Assembly (NCBI GenBank): GCA_963827685.1
Contig: CAWHBU010000004.1
Location: 672,943-704,942 of the forward strand
Reading direction: 5' to 3'
DNA: 32,000 bases
Origin: an uncultured delta proteobacterium
Lineage (GTDB): Bacteria; Desulfobacterota; BSN033; UBA1163
Shown: positions 7,809-16,462 of the stretch, piece after piece
How positions within the stretch are numbered: position 1 is the first letter of the stretch
How the letters are laid out: each line of letters starts with the position of its first letter
Position numbers and translations under genes: made by a program
The notes under the pieces: generated by a model
What the model was told of the DNA's origin: nothing
Database searches by the model: none
What the model saw: the letters and a program-made list of their open reading frames with translations, nothing else

Positions 7809-8561
7809 TTAATGCATGGCCCTCCCGCCATCCACCAAAATGGTCTGGCCGGTGATGAAATCGCTTTCATCCGATGCAAGGAAAATAACAGCCCCAAGAA
7901 GATCATTGGGTTGCTCCAGTCGCCTCAAGGGGGTTTTAGAGACATCGTATTTTGTGACATCAGCGAGATGGCGGCTTGCTTCTGTATCCGTAAATCCTGG
8001 AGCCACGGCATTGATATTAATGTTATGAGGCCCTAATTCAATGGCAAGGGCACGGGTTAAACCGATCACCCCCCCCTTTGAAGATACGTAGTGAATAAAG
8101 CCATAAGACCCTGTAAAAAATACTTCAGAGGAAAGGTTGATAATCTTCCCTTTTCCTTGTTTTTTCATATAAGGGAATACAGCCCTTGTGCAGAGCCAGG
8201 GACCTTTGACATTCACATTCATCACTAAGTCCCATTCGTTGGGATCTATCTCCGTGAAGGATTTCCGAACCAATCCATCGTAGATGGCTGCGCAATTGAC
8301 TAAGATGTCGATCCTGCCGAAGACCTTAATTGTTTCCTCGGCCATCTTAATTGCATCCTTTTCAATGGAGACATCAGCCTGATGGGCCTTAGCCACGCCG
8401 CCCATTGCCTCAATCTCTTTTACAGTTTTTTCCAGATTGGTAATATCCTTCCGGGTTACGGCCATGATCTTGGCTCCCTCTTTTGCCATTCCAATGGCGA
8501 ATTCCCTTCCCAGGCCCTTGGCAGCTCCTGTCACGATTGTCACTTTATCTTTGAGCCTCAT
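7809..8561 (-). CDS. Short-chain dehydrogenase/reductase (FabG-like), 250 aa.
   Basis: TGAAKGLG Rossmann motif, NCAA, and catalytic S...YVSSK. Confidence 0.9.
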   Translation of the reverse strand: MRLKDKVTIVTGAAKGLGREFAIGMAKEGAKIMAVTRKDITNLEKTVKEIEAMGGVAKAHQADVSIEKDAIKMAEETIKVFGRIDILVNCAAIYDGLVRKSFTEIDPNEWDLVMNVNVKGPWLCTRAVFPYMKKQGKGKIINLSSEVFFTGSYGFIHYVSSKGGVIGLTRALAIELGPHNININAVAPGFTDTEASRHLADVTKYDVSKTPLRRLEQPNDLLGAVIFLASDESDFITGQTILVDGGRAMH

Positions 8562-8627
8562 GGTTTTCCTTTCTAATATTATTAATGATCATTGTTGATT
8601 GATCATTGGTAATTTTGCAATGTCTCG

Positions 8628-10292
8628 TTACCAGGCTCTTCCTTTCTTCTCCCAGATTTTCTCCAGCTTGAAGTCTTCTACAATGACCTTGAAACAGTTA
8701 TAACTGGACCCGCGAGCAATTCCCCCCCCGGAATGCATGTTGGAGGAACAGATATACATATTTTTGAGGAAAGGAATTCGATAACTCGAGAGGTCTGGGA
8801 TGGGTCTGAACCGGTCGTTCTGGGAAGCATCCATGGCTCCTTCCACCCATCCGCCCTCGATCATATCGGGATGCCTCATATTTGTATCATAAGGCGTGGT
8901 GATGAAGGCCTCGATGACATTGTCACGTGTCATATTGGGAGCGTAGATCTGCCATTGTTTGAGCATCAAATCCTCCACCTCTTTTTTCATCTTGAGCCAT
9001 TGTCTCTCCGTAAAGAGGTGCAAGGGGGGGGCAAATTCTTCTAACAGAATGGTGTGTTTCCCCTCCGGTGCGCGCGTTTTGTCCCAGATGCTATCCGGTG
9101 CAGCGAGGATATACCACTTTTCAGGAAATCCTTTGGTAAAGATGTCTGCCTGGTATTTCCAGGAGAGGTATTCAGGGTCTTTCTCTCCCATATAGAGTCG
9201 CGGCTGAAGGCCTATATCTGGATTTAAGGAGGCGGCTTTATAATTCGGAAGTTCATGCATGGCCATGTTTCCCCAATAGATCTGAGCGCGGTTATACCGG
9301 ATGTTTCTGATGCGCCTGGCCACTTTTGCAGTAACATAATTTTCTCCCAAGAGTCTGAATATCGTCTGGGGAACTCCCAAATCACTGATCACCAGCTGCT
9401 TTGCCTCAACTTCTATTCCATTTGAAAGTTTGACCCCTTTCGCCCTTCCATTCTCAACGATGACTTTATCTGCTTCAGTCTCCACACAGAACTCTCCTCC
9501 CATGGCACTGAAGGCTCTCTGAAGAGCATGGGTAATGGTATGGGTTCCGCCATAGACAATTGAGGCCGATTCAAAGGAAAGGGCCAGGCCGATCACGTGG
9601 ACAAAGACATACAAGCCAATCACATCCCCTGGGAAACAGCCAGTGGAGGTTTCAATGGCCCTCATGAAGAGACACTGTAGTTCAGGGCTCTCAAAAAGAT
9701 CCATAGCGATCTGGGATCCTGTCATGAATTGATAAACCGGATCGATCCCGTCTACGGGATCGTCACAGAGTTTTTCGAGGGCATTCTTGACTCCCCAGGG
9801 TGTGGGAGGACTATAACGATATTCTCGAAAGGCAGCCCGCCACTTTCTCTGATATTTTCCGAGGAGTTCGAGATAGGTCTCTGCGTCCGTTTTCGAGAAG
9901 CGGGCGATCTCATTGTAGGTCTTCTTGACGTTTTCCTCGGAGTACTGTTCTTTACCCGTTAGGGGGTCGACACGAAATGCCGAATAGCCGACAAAACAGG
10001 TTCCATCTGGATAGACCATCCCTTCATTCTGGTCTGGGAAAATATATTTTAAGCCATACTCCCTCAGGTTGAAATCGGTATAAGCAGGATGGGTCCAGAA
10101 TCGGGTGAAGTGGGCACATGTATTCTGAATAAATCCAGGCAGGGGAAGTTCTTCCCCACAGGCCCCTCCCCCTAATTCATGCTGACGTTCGAAGATCACT
10201 GTTTTAAGACCTGCATGTTGCAAATAGCAGGCAATGATCGTCCCGTGGTGTCCTCCACCAACGATAATCGCATCATAACTTGTATCTGGCAT
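8628..10292 (-). CDS. FAD-dependent oxidoreductase of the phytoene-desaturase (CrtI/COG1233) type. Limonene-dehydrogenase CtmA/B-like subunit, 554 aa.
   Basis: N-terminal YDAIIVGGGHHGTIIACYLQHAGLKTVIFERQHELGGG. Paralogous to the ORF at 10553..12169. The SD AAAGGAGG lies before ATG 10292. Confidence 0.85.
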   Translation of the reverse strand: MPDTSYDAIIVGGGHHGTIIACYLQHAGLKTVIFERQHELGGGACGEELPLPGFIQNTCAHFTRFWTHPAYTDFNLREYGLKYIFPDQNEGMVYPDGTCFVGYSAFRVDPLTGKEQYSEENVKKTYNEIARFSKTDAETYLELLGKYQRKWRAAFREYRYSPPTPWGVKNALEKLCDDPVDGIDPVYQFMTGSQIAMDLFESPELQCLFMRAIETSTGCFPGDVIGLYVFVHVIGLALSFESASIVYGGTHTITHALQRAFSAMGGEFCVETEADKVIVENGRAKGVKLSNGIEVEAKQLVISDLGVPQTIFRLLGENYVTAKVARRIRNIRYNRAQIYWGNMAMHELPNYKAASLNPDIGLQPRLYMGEKDPEYLSWKYQADIFTKGFPEKWYILAAPDSIWDKTRAPEGKHTILLEEFAPPLHLFTERQWLKMKKEVEDLMLKQWQIYAPNMTRDNVIEAFITTPYDTNMRHPDMIEGGWVEGAMDASQNDRFRPIPDLSSYRIPFLKNMYICSSNMHSGGGIARGSSYNCFKVIVEDFKLEKIWEKKGRAW

Positions 10293-10308
10293 GAGATTTC
10301 CTCCTTTT

Positions 10309-10542
10309 CTATTTCTTCTTCATCATTAACGAAAGGGCGTAATAGAGGATGGAGGGTTTAAAGAGGAGCTTGATGAAGTTCCTCAGGTCCGCTCCTTCCA
10401 AGGTGGCAGTAATAACCCAGTGGATGGGTTCGGTGGACTCGATTTTCAGTTTCAGGGTTTCCGCTCCTTCTGGATCTTTAAAGAGTTGAGTAAAGGATGC
10501 AATCATGGTGGTCTGGCCCAAACCTGTCGAATTGACTTTCAT
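10309..10542 (-). CDS. Small hypothetical protein (77 aa) encoded between the two CrtI-like genes.
   Basis: ATG 10542..10540 lies 6 nt after AGGAGG and 10 nt after the upstream stop (TAG 10555..10553). It ends 16 nt before the next gene. The longer form in the track (to 10662) would overlap the upstream CDS. Confidence 0.55.
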   Translation of the reverse strand: MKVNSTGLGQTTMIASFTQLFKDPEGAETLKLKIESTEPIHWVITATLEGADLRNFIKLLFKPSILYYALSLMMKKK

Positions 10543-10552
10543 GATGAACCTC

Positions 10553-12169
10553 CTATAGCAGACCGTTTGCTTTCGCCTTGGTGACAATCTCAGGTTCTTT
10601 CCACCATTTTTGGATCCCCAGGTCCTGAGCGATTCGGTTGGCAGCGTTATAACCTGCACCATAGGTCACTAACCCTCCGGGGAAGGTGGAAGCTCCACAA
10701 ATGTAAAGATTTTTAATCGGCGTGGCATATTGAGAACAGAGTTCGTTTGGCCTCAAGTATCCCATCTGAAGAGGATAGTAACCTCCTTGCTTAATGGATC
10801 CTTCCACCATGTCTGCAAATTTATTTTCGATGTCCAGTGGAGAGGCAATATAGGTCCAGAGAATATTATCCTCCGTCATATTAGGTGCGTGCTTCTTAAG
10901 TTTATCGATCAATCCTTTGGCATGTTCTTGGCGGATCTTATACCACCTATCAGGGCCTCCCTCCTTTAGACGGTAGGGTGCATGTTCTGATATTAAACCG
11001 GTGTGTCTCCCTGGAGGTGCTTCTGAGGGATCGAAAATGGTTGGAAAGCAGCAGTTGAACCCGGATGGCTTGAGTTCTCCATTTTTTAAGGCTTTAAAAT
11101 GATCGATCAGATTCTCTTCCGTCTCAAATCCGAGAACATAAATAAAAGCTTTATTTAAATCGGGATTCGAAGCTGCAGCAGCAAATTGGGGTACATTAAA
11201 AAGCGCAAGGTGGATATCGAAGAGGGACCACTTCTCCCATTTCCAGTCCTTCGTCCGCGTGACAAGATCTTTTGGGAGATCCTTCTCCCCGATATACTTG
11301 AGAAACGTTTGATAGGGGTCGATGCTGGAGGCAACAAACTTGGTAGCTGTGTAAACCGTTCCATCATCTAATTCAATCCCTTTTGCCGTTCCATTTTCCA
11401 CGATGATTCTCTTGATGATCTGACTTCCTAAGATCATTCCTCCATGACGATAAAGAAATTTAGACATCAAGTTGGCCATATGATGAGAGCCTCCCACGCA
11501 GAGCCGATAGTTAGAAGCTCGATTGATCATGAGTGGAACCAGGTAACCCAGCCCTTCCAGATCATAATCCAATCCCCACAGACAGGTGGCATAGAGCATT
11601 AGCGTCCTGATTTGATTATTTTCGAAAATACTATGCACGATATCGATTGGTTTCTTTTCAGAAAGGGCACTGATTTCTTGACCAAGAGGACTGGAATGGA
11701 GTTTCACGACCTGTTCGAAGGCTGGCTTGGCCATATCGTAAGTAGCGGGTCCCAAGAAGGCATCTACATATTCCTTAAACCGTTTATAGGTATCCCGATA
11801 GGCATCGGCATCTTTCTTAGAGAATTGAGCAAATGAAGCACATGTTTTTTCCACATCCGAATAGATGCAAAGGCTACGGCCATCTGCGAAAGGCATCGCC
11901 ATGACCAAATCGGGATGAATATATTGGAGATCATAAGTTTTATCCAGGTCGAGATCAGGGAATACTGGGGCATAATCCACCATGGGATGGTAGATCGCAT
12001 GGGTATTGTGAATAAACCCGGGGATCGTGACCATCTCCGAGCAAAGGCCCCCTCCCATTTCGTATCTCTTTTCTAAGATCAGGATCTTTAGCCCTGCTTT
12101 GGAAAGGTAACAACCTAAAGTGAGTCCATTGGGCCCACCACCAATGATAATGCCATCGTATTGGGGCAT
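10553..12169 (-). CDS. FAD-dependent oxidoreductase of the phytoene-desaturase (CrtI/COG1233) type. CtmA/B-like subunit, 538 aa.
   Basis: N-terminal [38 protein letters not shown]. The SD GGAAAGGAG lies before ATG 12169. Confidence 0.85.
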   Translation of the reverse strand: MPQYDGIIIGGGPNGLTLGCYLSKAGLKILILEKRYEMGGGLCSEMVTIPGFIHNTHAIYHPMVDYAPVFPDLDLDKTYDLQYIHPDLVMAMPFADGRSLCIYSDVEKTCASFAQFSKKDADAYRDTYKRFKEYVDAFLGPATYDMAKPAFEQVVKLHSSPLGQEISALSEKKPIDIVHSIFENNQIRTLMLYATCLWGLDYDLEGLGYLVPLMINRASNYRLCVGGSHHMANLMSKFLYRHGGMILGSQIIKRIIVENGTAKGIELDDGTVYTATKFVASSIDPYQTFLKYIGEKDLPKDLVTRTKDWKWEKWSLFDIHLALFNVPQFAAAASNPDLNKAFIYVLGFETEENLIDHFKALKNGELKPSGFNCCFPTIFDPSEAPPGRHTGLISEHAPYRLKEGGPDRWYKIRQEHAKGLIDKLKKHAPNMTEDNILWTYIASPLDIENKFADMVEGSIKQGGYYPLQMGYLRPNELCSQYATPIKNLYICGASTFPGGLVTYGAGYNAANRIAQDLGIQKWWKEPEIVTKAKANGLL

Positions 12170-12227
12170 AATTCTCTCTCCTTTCCTAATGATGATTGTC
12201 CGTAGTTAAAAAGGTAGGGTTTACTAA

Positions 12228-12245
12228 AACTACATTTTCCAGTAT
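12228..12245. repeat. Left copy of the 18-bp target-site duplication (aactacattttccagtat).
   Basis: Identical 18-mer at 13785..13802, directly abutting both IS ends. Confidence 0.8.
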
Positions 12246-13784
12246 GTTTAAGCGAAGTCAATATGTCCCCTTAACTGCAACGTGAAAATGTCCCCTCCAA
12301 GGGTTTTGATCTTGACCCTTGAGTGAGTGGATGAACTTCAATTTGAGTTTCTTTTTTTTAAGTGAGCTCTCATAAGAGATCCCTATTAATGGGCAACAAG
12401 CGAAATGTGAATCGCCAGGTTGCGCTACAATCAACGATGTTCGATGAGCAGGGGGTAAGGGTCACCTTCCCTGGAGGGTGCTGAAGCGAGATAGACCCAG
12501 TGGTAATCTTTAACTCCTTTTGCATGGTGTTTCTTTCGGGGAAGAGCTCTCACCGGTTCCCGGAGGGAAGTAGGAGGATGTTTCGCAATCAACTGATCTT
12601 GAGCGTAGATTCTCCAAGATCCGTTGAGAAGCTGCCGAGCTTCCACCTTGAGCTTCGCATAGGATCTTCTTTGAGGGCCAGGGGGAATATCGAGAACCAA
12701 TCCTCCCAGCCGAGCCGTATTATCGTTGCCGACCGTAGCCGTATAGCGAAAGCTGATGATTCGATCCAGGTCCAGATGGTTTGGGACTTCTCTCCAGGCT
12801 TTTTGGGATTCTCTGGGTCTGACGGCAAAGCGACGGTTAAAGTCTTTTAAAAAGGTTGATTGTAAAAAGCGATTGGCCTCTTCCATCGTTACAATTTCTT
12901 TTAAACGGAGTTCTGCTCCCAGACGATCCTGCAGGGTGGCAAAGAGTTTTTCTATCCTTCCTTTGGCCTGAGGAGAAAGAGCCGAGATCGGCTCAATCCC
13001 CAAGGCTTCGAGAGCTAATCCGACTTGAGTCGGTTCCTGTCGGCCAGCGAGTTGCTCTTCCAAGCTCCAGTGAGGGTCATTCCGATGCAACGACCCGTGG
13101 CGATCCTGATAGATCATCATTGGGATTCCATATTTTTTAATCATCTCTTTAAGAAGCCAGAAATAGCCTGCGGAACCTTCAAAGGGAAAGAAACGGGCGG
13201 CCAGCAGTTTCCCGGTCGCATCATCGATGGCAGCCATCAGACAGCAAGGTGGAAGGTCTCGGCCAAACCAGGGGTGGGGACTCCCATCCCAGAGGACCAT
13301 CCATCCTTCTTGAGCCATTCGCTCCCGTCGCTTTCGATGCTTAGGTCCCCGACGCCTGCGCTTGGGTGCCATCCCCGCCTCCCGCCGTAACTTCCTCACC
13401 GTCTCTCGATTCAAATCGATCCCTTCGCACTCCCGAAGTTTCTCCGTAAAATGGGTATCGTTAAAGTCCCAGTAAACCTCTTCCGACAGCTTTAATACCC
13501 TTTCTCGTAAGGACTCCTTGAGCCGGTGGTTCGAAGGTCGTCCCCTGTTACCATGCACCAAGGCTTTGATCCCTCTCTCCCGGATCGCTTGCCCAATCCG
13601 CTTCGCCTGACGGTAGGACACACCTATCCTCTCTCCAGCCTCCCTCAAGGTGATCTTCCCTACCTTTACGATCTCCATCAGATGCCACCTCTTTAACTCC
13701 CTCTGCCCCATGAGTATCTTCTCCTGTTCCATGGGGACATTTTAACTTAAGCAGTTAATGGGGACATTTCTACTTTGCTAACAC
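12246..13784 (-). mobile_element. Intact insertion sequence (1539 bp) with ~50-bp imperfect terminal inverted repeats. rve/DDE transposase, IS1202/ISNCY-like or IS481-like.
   Basis: The left end is gtttaagcgaagtcaatatgtccccttaactgc..aaaatgtcccc. The reverse complement of the right end is gtgttagcaaagtagaaatgtccccattaactgc..aaaatgtcccc. Each end carries two ATGTCCCC motifs. The element is flanked by an 18-bp direct repeat. Confidence 0.85.
12431..13732 (-). CDS. Transposase with an N-terminal HTH and an rve integrase-core (DDE) domain, 433 aa.
   Basis: LWDGSPHPWF, IYQDRHGSL and SPQAKGRIEKLF form a D, D, E triad pattern. A basic KRRRRGPKHRKRRER linker is present. Confidence 0.9.
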   Translation of the reverse strand: MEQEKILMGQRELKRWHLMEIVKVGKITLREAGERIGVSYRQAKRIGQAIRERGIKALVHGNRGRPSNHRLKESLRERVLKLSEEVYWDFNDTHFTEKLRECEGIDLNRETVRKLRREAGMAPKRRRRGPKHRKRRERMAQEGWMVLWDGSPHPWFGRDLPPCCLMAAIDDATGKLLAARFFPFEGSAGYFWLLKEMIKKYGIPMMIYQDRHGSLHRNDPHWSLEEQLAGRQEPTQVGLALEALGIEPISALSPQAKGRIEKLFATLQDRLGAELRLKEIVTMEEANRFLQSTFLKDFNRRFAVRPRESQKAWREVPNHLDLDRIISFRYTATVGNDNTARLGGLVLDIPPGPQRRSYAKLKVEARQLLNGSWRIYAQDQLIAKHPPTSLREPVRALPRKKHHAKGVKDYHWVYLASAPSREGDPYPLLIEHR

Positions 13785-13802
13785 AACTACATTTTCCAGT
13801 AT
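13785..13802. repeat. Right copy of the 18-bp target-site duplication.
   Basis: Identical to 12228..12245. Confidence 0.8.
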
Positions 13803-13839
13803 TGACAAGTCAATACAATTATTCTTATAATACCATAAG
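13802..13839 (+). promoter_or_regulatory. Near-consensus sigma70 promoter (TTGACA-18-TATAAT) overlapping a CTTAT-N6-ATAAG dyad, a candidate LysR-type operator.
   Basis: ttgaca is at 13802-13807 and tataat at 13826-13831. The dyad cttataataccataag is at 13824-13839. The first T of the -35 box is the last base of the IS target duplication. Confidence 0.4.
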
Positions 13840-14014
13840 AAAAACTTATAGCAATTCATAAACAATATATATTTCAAACTATTACGCCATATCAATTTTG
13901 CGAATTCTAAGCACAATTACTCTTATTTAGTGGATTAAAGTTGACTTCTTTCCTTATTCAAAATTTGAGATTTCTTATATAGGTGGACAAGGTATTTCTC
14001 TTAAGGAGCATTTT

Positions 14015-14959
14015 TTGAATCTCAAACAATTAGAAGCTTTTTATTTGGTGGTAAAGAGGAAGAGTTTTACTCGGGCAGCAGAAGAATTGAATGTGACCCA
14101 GCCTGCTGTCACCATCCAAGTCAAATCCTTAGAGAAGTCATTGAATTTGAAACTCATCAATCAGATAGGGAAAAGAGTACAATTAAATGAAGCTGGAGAA
14201 CTCCTCTACGAATATGCGGAGAAAATCTTTGATCTTGTCAACGATGCCGATGAGAAGATGAGGGATTTCAAGAAACTGATGAGAGGGACGCTTCAGATTG
14301 GGACAACAAAGAATTATGCCCGTTACATCATGCCTTCTTTGCTCTCCGAGTTTCAGAGGAGATTTCCTCGTATCAAGGTCATTTTAGATGAAGGGAACTC
14401 CGAGGATATGGCCAAGAGTGTCTTTGAGAAGAAAAATGAACTCGCCCTCATCTCCCAACTGAACCTTGATCGAAAAATCAAATCAACCTTTTTCTCGACA
14501 GTAGAGTTTGTTCTGGTTGTTTCACCCGAACACAGGTTCTCGCAGAGGAAGAGCATCTCCCTGAGAGAATTGAATGGTGAACCGGTGATTTTGAGGGAAA
14601 AGGGATCTGGTTCAAGGGCGGCCATTTTGAGGAAATTTCAGGAATACGGGATCTGGCCATCGGTAATTACTGAGGCAAGCAGTTTGGACTTTATCGTGGG
14701 ATATGTGAAACAGAACAAAGGGGTTTCCTTCATGTTTCAGCCTGATATCGAAGAGGAATTGGAGAAGGGAACCTTGAAAGTTATCTTCATCGAAGAGGGA
14801 AACATTATTTTCTTTACTGATCTCATCTATCACAGTGAAAAATCTCTCTCACCTCCTAGCCAAGCCTTCCTAAAAATGGTGGGAGAATTAAGGGGCCAGG
14901 GTAAAGGGGAGTTTAGGGCAGGGTTCGTCCCGCCAAGTTCCGTTCTTCAAACCTACTGA
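14015..14959 (+). CDS. LysR-family transcriptional regulator (TTG start), 314 aa.
   Basis: N-terminal HTH LKQLEAFYLVVKRKSFTRAAEELNVTQPAVTIQVKSLEKSL. AAGGAG lies 6 nt before TTG 14015. Confidence 0.9.
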   Translation: MNLKQLEAFYLVVKRKSFTRAAEELNVTQPAVTIQVKSLEKSLNLKLINQIGKRVQLNEAGELLYEYAEKIFDLVNDADEKMRDFKKLMRGTLQIGTTKNYARYIMPSLLSEFQRRFPRIKVILDEGNSEDMAKSVFEKKNELALISQLNLDRKIKSTFFSTVEFVLVVSPEHRFSQRKSISLRELNGEPVILREKGSGSRAAILRKFQEYGIWPSVITEASSLDFIVGYVKQNKGVSFMFQPDIEEELEKGTLKVIFIEEGNIIFFTDLIYHSEKSLSPPSQAFLKMVGELRGQGKGEFRAGFVPPSSVLQTY

Positions 14960-14966
14960 AAATCCA

Positions 14967-15701
14967 TCAACATCTTCGTCTTTTATCCTCACTGTAGAGA
15001 TTTAGAAATTGATTGACGGCCTCCTGGGCGAATTCTCGAGTGTTAAGGTGGAGATTGAGCTCGATGATCGGGATCTTCGGATCGATATGAATCTTCAACT
15101 CGTCGAGGAAGGCGCGATCCCCCACTGGATCATAAAGAGGCATCCCTTCCTTATCGAGAGAAGACCATCCCTTCAAGGGGATGAGAATAGCCACAGGTCC
15201 TCTTGACCGATTTAATTTTCTGGCCACCTCTCCTGCAATTTCTTTCAACTCCTGAGGATTGGTGCGAGCTTGAACCCTAAAAGCATCCGGAATGAAAAGT
15301 TTTCTATTTTTGATATCCTTTGATACCCAAAGGGGATCTCCTCGATCACCTCTTTCCAATGGCCCACAACTGAGCATATCAAATCCGCAAGGCGTGATAA
15401 TTTGAGGAATGCCCAGTTTCCCGGCGGTCACCACAACATTTCTTCTCAATTGAGCAGCCAGCTTTTCTGAAATCTTTTTTACCAAGGCGTCCTCTTTATG
15501 CCCGATAAAAGTAAAATTGGAAGAGGTGGCACTCCATTTTTTCGGATTCTTTAAGCTGGGCCTCGGAATGGCGATTCCCACAGCACCGATATGAAATCGG
15601 GTTCCTCCCCAGGTGGAAATCAAGAGGTCTTGGCCCACCTCTTGAACAAAACCCTGGATCCTGAATCGACCTTTCGAAATTTCAACCAAAAATCTTTTCA
15701 T
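14967..15701 (-). CDS. Chimeric ORF. The N-terminal ~95 aa are LpdD-like (small prFMN-chaperone partner of UbiD decarboxylases), joined to the C-terminal ~150-aa domain of a UPF0261 (Tm-1-like) protein.
   Basis: Residues 1-95 (..DLLISTWGGTRFHIGAVGIAIPRPSLKNPKKWSATSSNFTFIGHKEDALVKKISEKLAAQL..VVVTAG) fit the LpdD pattern as I remember it. From GKLGIPQIITPCG...ILIPLKGWSSLDKEGMPLYDP the sequence is collinear with residues ~270-405 of the 16463..17680 product. There is no obvious SD before ATG 15701. Confidence 0.65.
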   Translation of the reverse strand: MKRFLVEISKGRFRIQGFVQEVGQDLLISTWGGTRFHIGAVGIAIPRPSLKNPKKWSATSSNFTFIGHKEDALVKKISEKLAAQLRRNVVVTAGKLGIPQIITPCGFDMLSCGPLERGDRGDPLWVSKDIKNRKLFIPDAFRVQARTNPQELKEIAGEVARKLNRSRGPVAILIPLKGWSSLDKEGMPLYDPVGDRAFLDELKIHIDPKIPIIELNLHLNTREFAQEAVNQFLNLYSEDKRRRC

Positions 15702-15830
15702 GGAATTGGTTCCAATTTTAGAAAGTCAGTGAGATTCTGTCAACCCCGATTTATCCTTTCTAGGCTACTCCCGATTCGGAATTTAGTAAAAAACTTAGTG
15801 GATGTGGTGACCAGAAACGAATGAAGAGAG

Positions 15831-16397
15831 TTAATCAGCCGCCGTCCCCCATCTTCTAAATAGGTTCGCATCGATAGAGAAAAGGTCGAGAACCTTTCCA
15901 ATGGTTTGGTTGATTAAATCTTCGATGGTCTTCGGATGATGATAAAAAGCAGGGATAGGAGGCATAACAATTCCTCCCATTCTTGTTACCTTGATCATCA
16001 GTTCAAGATGCCCCTCGTGCAAAGGTGTTTCCCTGACAAGAAGGACGAGCCTCCTCCTTTCCTTCAACATCACATCGGCCGCTCTCACAAGAAGGTTATG
16101 GCTATAGGAATTTGCAATCGCAGAAAGGGTCTTGATGGAGCAGGGAGCAACCACCATCCCATCCACCTGGAAGGAACCACTTGCCAAAGGTGCACTCAAA
16201 TCCTCCTCGTCATAAACATGGGAGGCCATGGATTCAAGTTCCACCTTGTGATAGGTGGTTTCAATTTCCAAGTTTTTCAAACCTGCCTGGGTGATGATAA
16301 AATGAGTCTCCATTCCCAATTTAGAAAGGACTTCGAGGATTCTCACGCCGTAAATCACACCGGAAGCACCGGTCATTCCTACGACTATGCTTTTCAT
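15831..16397 (-). CDS. ubiX: Flavin prenyltransferase UbiX (prFMN synthase).
   Basis: MKSIVVGMTGASGVIYGVRILEVL... plus S/T-rich loops and APCSIKTLSAIANS. ATG 16397 is preferred over the track's TTG 16421. Confidence 0.9.
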   Translation of the reverse strand: MKSIVVGMTGASGVIYGVRILEVLSKLGMETHFIITQAGLKNLEIETTYHKVELESMASHVYDEEDLSAPLASGSFQVDGMVVAPCSIKTLSAIANSYSHNLLVRAADVMLKERRRLVLLVRETPLHEGHLELMIKVTRMGGIVMPPIPAFYHHPKTIEDLINQTIGKVLDLFSIDANLFRRWGTAAD

Positions 16398-16462
16398 ATA
16401 AGGAGTAAGATCACTTGACAATCGACACAGTCTTACACACTTCTTGAAATTTCGTATGCACC

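Noticed and set aside
8584-8607. Two TGATCA-centred palindromes (aatgatcatt ... tgatcatt) in the 66-nt gap before the SDR gene. Considered as an operator or a Dam-type methylation cluster.
   Set aside because: They simply form one 8-bp AT-rich hairpin. There is no second supporting copy elsewhere in the window and no nearby regulator to link them to.
10543-10662. N-terminal extension of the small ORF as given in the track (117 aa).
   Set aside because: It would overlap the 3' end of the CtmA-like CDS by 110 nt. The internal ATG 10542 has a canonical AGGAGG.
16398-16421. TTG-initiated 8-codon extension of UbiX.
   Set aside because: The conserved UbiX N-terminus starts at MKSIVVGMTGASG, and neither start has an SD. 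The ATG is the more conservative choice.
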